Assembly: GCA_044237845.1 (NCBI GenBank)
Contig: JBIIEL010000007.1
Span: 61-64,060, forward strand
Reading direction: 5' to 3'
Length of the DNA: 64,000 nt
DNA from: Rickettsiales bacterium
GTDB lineage: Bacteria; Pseudomonadota; Alphaproteobacteria; Rickettsiales; UBA3002
The translations under genes were made by a program, and so were the position numbers. Positions 10,647 through 18,986 of this stretch are shown piece after piece (the first letter of the stretch is position 1; each line of letters begins with the position of its first letter). A model generated the notes under the pieces. That model was not told the DNA's origin and did not search any database. It saw nothing but the letters and a program-made list of their open reading frames with translations.

Positions 10647-10733
10647 CAGATGAGTGCAAGTAGAATATGTAAGGTATGAAGGTTGGAAATTAGCAGGATA
10701 ATTCCTGATGATTGATCCGACCATATCCTTAGA

Positions 10734-12211
<1,478 letters not shown>

Positions 12212-12433
12212 TGATTCGTATAATCAGTCTTTCGACCGATTATGTTGAAGTATACTTAAAGTATACTTCGGAAATTGAATAGACTCACACAAACCATATC
12301 CAGACATTCCTTGCCACAAGGGACTTACTAGAATGCCGATACTTACTTGCGTTCGTTATGGTGTTACCCATAATGAAATTACTTGCATGTACGTAGGTAT
12401 GGTTTGTGGATTTTTTTCCACTGCACCCACCTA

Positions 12434-12457
12434 CGCTTAAACGCTCTTCACAGTATC
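12434..12457 (-). other. 16S rRNA 5' leader half of the precursor processing stem
   Basis: Complementary partner of 10625-10646 (see that feature). Flanking bases extend the pairing imperfectly. Confidence 0.7.
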
Positions 12458-12550
12458 ATTCATCAGAGTGCTTTTATCCCGGAATCGTTGGCCGGGGAAG
12501 CATTCGCTTTTTCCTGACTTGGTCACTTGCGTCGCCGCGTCGGGATGTGG

Positions 12551-12579
12551 GGTTTAGCGATATCACCCTCCCCCGTCAA
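12551..12579 (-). promoter_or_regulatory. Candidate rRNA promoter (-35 TTGACG, 17-nt spacer, -10 TAAACC) with an upstream A/T-rich UP-like tract
   Basis: The minus strand reads ...AAAAAGTGAAAAAAAATGTTTTTTTCTGTTGACGGGGGAGGGTGATATCGCTAAACC. The -35 hexamer is good and the -10 is weak. An A/T tract lies at 12580-12612. Confidence 0.3.
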
Positions 12580-12660
12580 CAGAAAAAAACATTTTTTTTC
12601 ACTTTTTGTGGAAAAGCAAAAAATATGTCAGATAACCGCCATATTTTAATGTGCCATTGC

Positions 12661-13473
12661 TTATTCCGGCTTCGCTTGAAAGTTGCTCATGAACAGCAGA
12701 AAGCAGGTCGGCGCCTCGCTCGTGGCAATATAGGCTGCCTCTTCCGGCGCATCCGACGATACGCATCGACCAACATTTATATCCATCCATGTCTGGGCAA
12801 ACGTGCGAATACCACCAAGCCCGGGCAGACCATTATCAAGTTTCGTATCCATCATAAGCGCTTCTGCTCCCGTCAGAATTGGCCCATACGGCGACGATGG
12901 ACGCACGCCGCCCATAATGATGATATTGTTATAATCCCCCACGTAATACTGTGTATCACCTGCTTGAGGCCCCCAGCTTTCAAACGCGAACACTGCGCCA
13001 GCGAGCGCTGTACGCGGCGCGTTAATGCCGGGAATTGCCTCAAGCATATCATTTGGTCCTGAGATACCAGTGTAAGCACCTGGAATCATTTCCGCAGCCG
13101 AAAGCTGTTGCCATGCGCGGAAAACCTCATTTCCACTAGCCCCACCAGGCTCAATGACACCATTGCCATCGCCATTACAGGTCAGCTTTCCTACGCTTAC
13201 ATCTGTGTCTGGCGTAGCACAATTCACCGTCGGATCGCCACCACCATCCGCATTGCCCCATACGCGTGTGGCCATCGGCATATCACCCGGAAGCGCGGAG
13301 TATTTGTCCAAAAATAATTGCTTGGCAATAGCATAGGCCTTTGCATCTTGGAGAGCGTTGCGCAGTTTTTGCGCATGCATCAACTCCCTCCCTGCAAACA
13401 CACCGCCCACCAGCAGGCCAATAATGACGAGCACAATCGCCAACTCAATCAGTGTAAATCCACGACGCGCCAT
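12661..13473 (-). CDS. Prepilin-type N-terminal cleavage/methylation domain protein (type IV pilin or T2SS pseudopilin-like), orphan
   Basis: The N-terminus MARRGFTLIELAIVLVIIGLLVGG is the classic G/FTLIE class III signal. 270 aa. No pilus or secretion genes are adjacent. Confidence 0.8.
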   Translation of the reverse strand: MARRGFTLIELAIVLVIIGLLVGGVFAGRELMHAQKLRNALQDAKAYAIAKQLFLDKYSALPGDMPMATRVWGNADGGGDPTVNCATPDTDVSVGKLTCNGDGNGVIEPGGASGNEVFRAWQQLSAAEMIPGAYTGISGPNDMLEAIPGINAPRTALAGAVFAFESWGPQAGDTQYYVGDYNNIIIMGGVRPSSPYGPILTGAEALMMDTKLDNGLPGLGGIRTFAQTWMDINVGRCVSSDAPEEAAYIATSEAPTCFLLFMSNFQAKPE

Positions 13474-13478
13474 ATCCC

Positions 13479-13504
13479 ATACTCCCTAAATGTATAGGGA
13501 GTAT
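13479..13504. promoter_or_regulatory. 10-bp-arm perfect palindrome covering the pilin ribosome-binding region
   Basis: ATACTCCCTA-AATGTA-TAGGGAGTAT lies 6 nt upstream of the pilin ATG (13471-13473). The minus-strand SD-like GGGAG is inside the proximal arm. Confidence 0.5.
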
Positions 13505-13537
13505 AGCCGACGATACCGATGCTTCAAATAAAAACGG

Positions 13538-14098
13538 CTAGTGGAGGCCAAGGAGGCTATAAAGCTCGTCCTTTGTGTTCACCACCGTATAGAAGGTGCG
13601 GTTGATTTCCTTCGCAAACTTAGTGGCGATGATATTCTCCATCAGCGCAATAAGGTGATCCCAATAGCCAAGATGGTTGAAGATAATCACCTTCTTGGTG
13701 TGGATACCAATCTGGTGCCAGGTAATCACCTCGAACATTTCATCGAGCGTGCCAAAACCACCGGGCAGAATTACGAATACATCCGCATGGTCGTACATAA
13801 TCTGCTTACGTTCATGCATGGTGTCGACCATGAACATTTTGCTGAGGCCTTTATGCTCGACCTCAATCCGCCCCAGCGAGCGCGGGAAAACACCAATCGC
13901 GCTGCCGTCTTTTTCAAGCACACCGTTGGCTACAGCACCCATCAGGCCACAATCGCCACCGCCATACACAAGCTGCTTGCCGGCTGCCGCCATGTCGTTA
14001 CCCAGTTGGCGCGCCATGTCGAGATGCACCTTATCTACCGCATTCTGCGCGCCACAAAACACACATACCGAGCGCATTTCTTTAAAATTTGTCGTCAT
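13538..14098 (-). CDS. LOG family protein (TIGR00730-type, cytokinin riboside 5'-monophosphate phosphoribohydrolase-like)
   Basis: 186 aa with the PGGFGTLDE motif and GGGDCGLMG. Confidence 0.85.
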   Translation of the reverse strand: MTTNFKEMRSVCVFCGAQNAVDKVHLDMARQLGNDMAAAGKQLVYGGGDCGLMGAVANGVLEKDGSAIGVFPRSLGRIEVEHKGLSKMFMVDTMHERKQIMYDHADVFVILPGGFGTLDEMFEVITWHQIGIHTKKVIIFNHLGYWDHLIALMENIIATKFAKEINRTFYTVVNTKDELYSLLGLH

Positions 14099-14432
14099 TA
14101 TCTTCTATCCATTTTGTTGTTATTGTTGAATGATTCTCTTTTTATCAACCGCGCAAACATAAAGATTTTTACGCGGGATGCAAGAACTGATACCCACAAG
14201 TTCTTTGCATTTCTTCTAACCTTGAGCACCCTCTTCTCGATAAATCTTTTTGCTTCGGAAGGTTTTGCTAGACTTTTCGTTAGTCACTCTGTAATCGAAC
14301 ACACCACGGTTTCTTTACTGTTCTTTTTGGCAAGCAGAACACATGCGTTGCTGACGGGTGGACATTGAAGAAATCGTTGAATTCTATAGAAGCATACTAG
14401 CAAGTAATCATGTGCTAGAAGATGTTTGGTGA

Positions 14433-14509
14433 CGCGGGGTGGAGCAGCCCGGTAGCTCGTTAGGCTCATAACCTAAAGGTCGTCGGTTCAAATCCGGCCC
14501 CCGCAACCA
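14433..14509 (+). tRNA. Initiator tRNA-fMet (anticodon CAT), CCA encoded
   Basis: CGCGGGGTGGAGCAGCCCGGTAGCTCGTTAGGCTCATAACCTAAAGGTCGTCGGTTCAAATCCGGCCCCCGCAACCA. It is near-identical in architecture to E. coli tRNA-fMet. C1 is opposite A72 (initiator hallmark). The anticodon stem has GG/CC next to the CTCATAA loop. Confidence 0.92.
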
Positions 14510-14511
14510 AC

Positions 14512-14554
14512 CTCAGAGCCAATCTCCGGCGATTGGCAAAAATCACCAAAACCC
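14512..14554. repeat. Copy A of a 43-45-nt hairpin-containing repeat (second copy at 37039-37083)
   Basis: CTCAGAGCCAATCTCCGGCGATTGGCAAAAATCACCAAAACCC with internal stem GCCAATC/GATTGGC. It matches copy B at 38 of 43 positions, with one 2-nt indel. Confidence 0.8.
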
Positions 14555-14556
14555 AT

Positions 14557-14577
14557 TTTTCAACCTATTTTCAACCT
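14557..14577. repeat. Two direct copies of TTTTCAACCT spaced 11 bp apart
   Basis: TTTTCAACCT at 14557-14566 and again at 14568-14577, just downstream of repeat copy A. Confidence 0.6.
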
Positions 14578-14647
14578 TTGGTGGGAATGATGGTGCAAAC
14601 GGATGCATCATCAAAAATCTCTGTTATGTTTGCATCACGGAGAAACT

Positions 14648-15439
14648 ATGCCAGCAACGAAGCCATTACCAAAAATCAGCAGCAAAGAGCAGGAAACGCT
14701 CTATGAGCGCTATGTTGCGCCGGTTGCTGCGCTGGCTGAAACCTTCAATATCGGCGCACATTTTCTGGATTCGCCCCAGCTGAACGCGCTCGAAGAATAT
14801 AGCCCCAACATCCATATCATCGCGGATGTCATCGCGTGGTCGTATCTCGGCACGTTGAAACCGCTGCCCCATAACAGCGTGATGACGATGCTTCGCCTGC
14901 TCGATGACGGCGCGAAGAGGCAATGCGCGAATGTAAACTCATCCAAGAAAAAAGCCGCTTATGTTCATGAGCGCTTGTTTGGCGCAGCGTTGGTTGAAAC
15001 GGTGCTGACTGAGATTATAGAGAACGCACCGTTTTCTGGTGACTTTCTTTTCTATCACATGATGGCGGTGATGCAGCTGTCGGTCGCGTTGCTTGGTGTG
15101 GAGAAAATGACCGATGCAGAGCAAACGCATCATTTCATCAGTATGCGCGTATGTCTTGAACGCGCGAATTTCAGCCAAATATTGCTGCTGCAAAACAAAA
15201 CGCACTCGCCGAAGGAATTGGCGCAAAAAGGCGGCAAACAAAAATTCATTGCGCTTTATGGTCCAGCGCACGCATACACCAAGAAACGTCAAGGTGAAAT
15301 ACTGGAAGCAAAACCGCGCATCAGCAAAATGCAGATCGCAAAAATCATCCATGAAGAAGCGGAAAACCTCGCCGATTTTCGCGTGATGTCCAAAGAAAAT
15401 CGCGAGCGCACCATCTATAATTGGGTGCTGAAACTATAG
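14648..15439 (+). CDS. Hypothetical protein with a possible C-terminal HTH
   Basis: ATG at 14648 follows GGAGA. 263 aa. The C-terminal segment ISKMQIAKIIHEE...RERTIYNWVLKL resembles small resolvase/Hin-type HTH endings. No integrase motifs. Confidence 0.45.
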   Translation: MPATKPLPKISSKEQETLYERYVAPVAALAETFNIGAHFLDSPQLNALEEYSPNIHIIADVIAWSYLGTLKPLPHNSVMTMLRLLDDGAKRQCANVNSSKKKAAYVHERLFGAALVETVLTEIIENAPFSGDFLFYHMMAVMQLSVALLGVEKMTDAEQTHHFISMRVCLERANFSQILLLQNKTHSPKELAQKGGKQKFIALYGPAHAYTKKRQGEILEAKPRISKMQIAKIIHEEAENLADFRVMSKENRERTIYNWVLKL

Positions 15440-15576
15440 CGTCTGCTGGCAGGCGTAGTACGTTTGCCGCTGCACGTATCATCTCTGCCCAGCAGCCTAC
15501 CTATCTTACTCCCCACGTATGATTACGATGTCTTTCGTGAGCGCTGTGTTCACACACACCAACGAAAGGGATTTTT

Positions 15577-15789
15577 ATGTCACCAACATCCACACCATCA
15601 GACCAATTACTAAGCGGTCAGGAAGCGGCAAAGTTTCTTGGCATCACCTACCACACACTCGCCGTATGGAAATGCAATAAACGCTATGCGCTACCGTATG
15701 TGAAAGTCGGACGTCTGGTGAAATACCGCCGCGCAGATCTCGAAGCATTTATCGAAAAGAATCGAGTTGATGGGGGTTCGCATGCCTAA
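15577..15789 (+). CDS. AlpA/excisionase-family helix-turn-helix DNA-binding protein
   Basis: 70 aa. LLSGQEAAKFLGITYHTLAVWKCNKRYALPYVKVGRLVKYRRADLEAFI is typical of the MerR-superfamily excisionase/AlpA HTH. Confidence 0.7.
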   Translation: MSPTSTPSDQLLSGQEAAKFLGITYHTLAVWKCNKRYALPYVKVGRLVKYRRADLEAFIEKNRVDGGSHA

Positions 15790-16096
15790 TCACCTTCTCG
15801 ATTTTCAGGCGTTGCAGCAGCAGATGCTGCCGCAGCTGGCGACGATTATTCCGCAATTGCTGCCCGATGGCAGAGTGCGCGGCTGCGAATATATCGCCCG
15901 TAATCCCAAGCGGTCGGATCGCAGGCTGGGTAGTTTTAAGGTCAACATTCGCACTGGCCGATGGTGTGATTTCGCCACCGGTGATGCAGGTGGCGACATT
16001 ATCAGCCTGTGCGCTTATTTGCAGGGGATGTCGCAGCATAAGGCGGCGCTTTATCTGGTGGAAAAGCTGGGTTTAAGCGGGAGGGCTGCACTATGA
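15782..16096 (+). CDS. Primase N-terminal (zinc-binding-like) domain protein
   Basis: 104 aa. CEYIARNPKRSDRRLGSFKVNIRTGRWCDFATGDAGGDIISLCAYL matches the pattern seen at N-termini of plasmid/phage Toprim primases. ATGA overlap with the next ORF. Confidence 0.55.
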   Translation: MPNHLLDFQALQQQMLPQLATIIPQLLPDGRVRGCEYIARNPKRSDRRLGSFKVNIRTGRWCDFATGDAGGDIISLCAYLQGMSQHKAALYLVEKLGLSGRAAL

Positions 16097-18298
16097 CCAC
16101 AGCCCCTCTCGTTCAGGAGAAGTGTATCATGCCTGCCCCGCACGAGGCGCAGGCGGCCACCATGCAGCATGTGAAGCTGGGCAGTCCGTCGGCGGTCTAT
16201 GCATATCGTGATCGCGCTGGCGCAGTGCTGGGCTATATCTGCCGCTTCGATACACCCGAAGGTAAGCAGATATTGCCGCTCACCTATTGGCAGATGGAGC
16301 AAGGCGCAGGGTGGCGATGGAAGGGTTTTCCTGAGCCTCGCCCTCTATATGGGCTGGATAGACTGGCGGCGCATCCACATCGGCCTGTGCTGACGTGTGA
16401 GGGAGAAAAAGCCGCCGATGCCGCGCATCAGCTGGTGCCGGATTATGTGTGCATTACCTCGTCGGGTGGCAGCAACGCGGCGCACAAGGCCGATTGGTCA
16501 TGCCTGCGTGATCGCAAAGTGTTTATCTGGCCGGATAATGATGAGGCTGGGCAGAAAATACGCGCAGGCAGTGGCGCTGGTATTGGCTGACCATAATCAG
16601 GTGCGCGTAATCACACCACCAGCAGGCAAACCATCCGGCTGGGATGCCGCTGATGCGCTTGCGGAAGGATGGGATCGCACGCCGGTGGATGCGCTGATTG
16701 AAAACTCAAAACATGCCCTGTCACCCACTGACACTATTGACGCTATGGTGAGTGTGTCCAGTGTGTCAGGTGGTGATGGTTGGCCGGAACCAAAACCCAT
16801 CAAGCACCAGCTGCTGCCGGTGGAGCCACTGCCGATTGGCATATTGCCAGAGGCTTATCAGGCATGGATTGGTGATCTGGCGCATCGGCTGCAATGCCAA
16901 CCTGACATTGCAGCGTGCGCGGCGATTACCATGACCGCTGCTATCATCGGCGCTAGTTGTGGCATTTGCCCAAAACGGCGCGATGATTGGCTGATTGTGC
17001 CCAACCTGTTTGGCGCAGCCATTGCGCGGCCAAGTGTGTTGCTGAAGTCACCTACCTTACAGGAAGCATTCAAGCCGATGATGCGACTAGAGGCGGAAGC
17101 GCAGGAGGAATTCAGCAAATCGCACGCCTATTTCGAGGCGGAAAACGAAATGACGAAGGCCGAGCGTGAGGGCATCCGCAAGGAGATGTCGCATCTGGTG
17201 AAGAAAAAGAGCCTCGATAGCGATGCGAAGGAAATACTCAAGCATAAATTCGCCAACATGGAAACCCTCGATGAACCTACGCTACGTCGCTATCGCACCA
17301 ATGACGCGACGGTGGAGAAACTCAGCGAACTGCTCGATGAAAACCCACGCGGTATGCTGGTGTTTCGCGATGAGCTGATGGGGCTGATCAGCAGCTGGGA
17401 AAAAGAAGGCCGTGAGAACGACCGCTCTTTTTATCTGGAGGCATGGAACGGCAAGCACAGCAACTATAGTGATCGCATCGGGCGTGGCACCATCTTCACC
17501 AAGAATATGTGCGTGTCGATCTTCGGCGGTATCCAGCCAGACAAGCTGCTCACCTATCTCAACGAGTGCCGTAAATCCAACGATGGCATGTTTCAGCGAT
17601 TCCAGATGATGGTCTATCCTGATGAGCCAAAGAACTGGACGCTGGTCGATGAATATCCCGACACCGAGGCCAAAAACCACGCTTACGAAATCATCAAGAA
17701 CTTAAGTGAAATGGACTTCATGACCATCGGCGCGGAGAGAAAGGACGAGGATTCTACGCCATTTTTGCGTTATTCCGCCGATGCGCAGGCAGTGTTCTAT
17801 GAATGGCTCACTGAACTTGAAATACATAAGCTGCGCGGCACAGCGATGGAACCGATGATGGCGGAGCATCTGGGTAAGTTCCGCAAGCTCATGCCATCGC
17901 TATCGCTCATCTTTCATCTGGTGGATGTGGCGAGTGGCGCTACCACCGAGTCTGGTATGGTCAGCTTGCAAGCGACAGAGCGTGCGGCGGCATGGTGCGA
18001 GTATCTGGAATCGCATGCGCAGCGCATTTATGGGCTGGTGGAATCTCTGCCGATCAAGGCGGCTACTATCCTCGCGGCGCGGGTAAAAAAGAAAGCACTC
18101 GGCACCAGCTTCACCGTGCGTGATGTATATCGCCGGCAGTGGAGTTTCCTCACCGACAAAGACATCGCGCAGGCAGCGTGTGACATATTGGTGGAGGCAG
18201 GTTGGTTGCGCGAAAGCGTCACTGAGTCCAGCTTCGGGCAACGCGGCAAAACCGACTATCTCGTCAACCCGAAACTATGGGATGGCGATCATGAATAA
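16093..18298 (+). pseudogene. Toprim + DUF3987 (YfjI/P4-alpha-like) primase-helicase-type replication gene, split by a 1-nt insertion in an A4 run
   Basis: Frame 1 carries Toprim motifs (LTCEGEKAAD, IWPDNDEAGQK) and stops at 16588-16590. The frame of the 633-aa ORF continues ...KYAQAVALVLADHNQVRVITPP. Removing one A from AAAA at 16555-16558 fuses them as DNDEAGQKYAQAVA. The downstream part is DUF3987-like (MLVFRDELMGLISSWEKEGRENDRSFYLEAWNG). Confidence 0.7.
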
Positions 18299-18623
18299 AT
18301 GGCTCTCGCGTTTCAAGGAAAGTGCCTCCTCGACCACTGACACAGCTGACACACTGCCTAGTATGTCCATACCGTCAGTACCTATCACCCCCACTTCTCA
18401 GAATTCAGCACCCACAATGTCAACTGTGTCAGTGGCTGATGGGCAAGATTTTGAGAAATATCAGGAGGTCTATCACGAACGCGCTGGCATCATGCAACAT
18501 GATAGCGGCTGGTCGCTCGATGAGGCAAATCACTGGGGATTACGCGAAGCGGTCTTCGCATGGGTGCGCGATCACCACCCGTATGTCATCACCCAGATCA
18601 CAGAGACGCAATTATCACACTGA
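18290..18623 (+). CDS. Hypothetical small protein (111 aa)
   Basis: ATG at 18290 overlaps the stop of the upstream gene (ATGAATAA). No recognisable motif. Its coding sequence contains several of the heptamer repeats. Confidence 0.3.
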
Positions 18624-18663
18624 CAATACTGACACTATGGTCAGTGCGTCGATTGTGTCAGTG
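18618..18663. repeat. Nested inverted-repeat cluster of the heptamer CTGACAC/GTGTCAG (candidate iterons/origin)
   Basis: CACTGACA(18618-25) ... CTGACAC(18629-35) ... GTCAGTG(18640-46) ... TGTCAGTG(18656-63). The outer and inner arms are perfect reverse complements. Confidence 0.6.
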
Positions 18664-18986
18664 CATGACCCGCGCACATCTACACATCACATTTGCACAG
18701 CGCGTGCAAAAACCTGCACGATATTGGCATTGTGCTGCACAAAAGATAGCGCATCATGCACACGCACCGACGACGCAGCGAAGCGGGTGCGAGGATGAAC
18801 CAAGCAATATCAGCGGGTTAGATGTTGGGTCCTTCCTGAAAAGTTTTTATACGGGGACGCATGGCGCGGCATTTCGCCAGCGACAGGACGCTGGAGTGCA
18901 TTTCGTTTCGCTTTTTTTGGCGCAACCATATGATATTCCGAAATACACATACGCAACGGATGCGAATATGGAGCATCGCACCGTTG

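Noticed and set aside
10470-10733. Searched for spacer tRNA-Ile/tRNA-Ala or the start of a 23S gene downstream of the 16S.
   Set aside because: No cloverleaf-compatible sequence or 23S 5' motif is present. The region holds only a processing-stem half, a hairpin and a terminator, hence the unlinked-rrs conclusion.
14603-15439. Considered as the missing integrase because of its position next to the tRNA.
   Set aside because: It has no R..H-x-x-R..Y tyrosine-recombinase or serine-recombinase motifs and is too short. It is kept as hypothetical with a possible C-terminal HTH.
18921-18928. CGCAACCA, identical to the last 8 nt of tRNA-fMet, as a possible attR bounding a 4.4-kb element.
   Set aside because: An 8-mer is expected about twice by chance in 64 kb on both strands, and the flanks show no further similarity to the tRNA.
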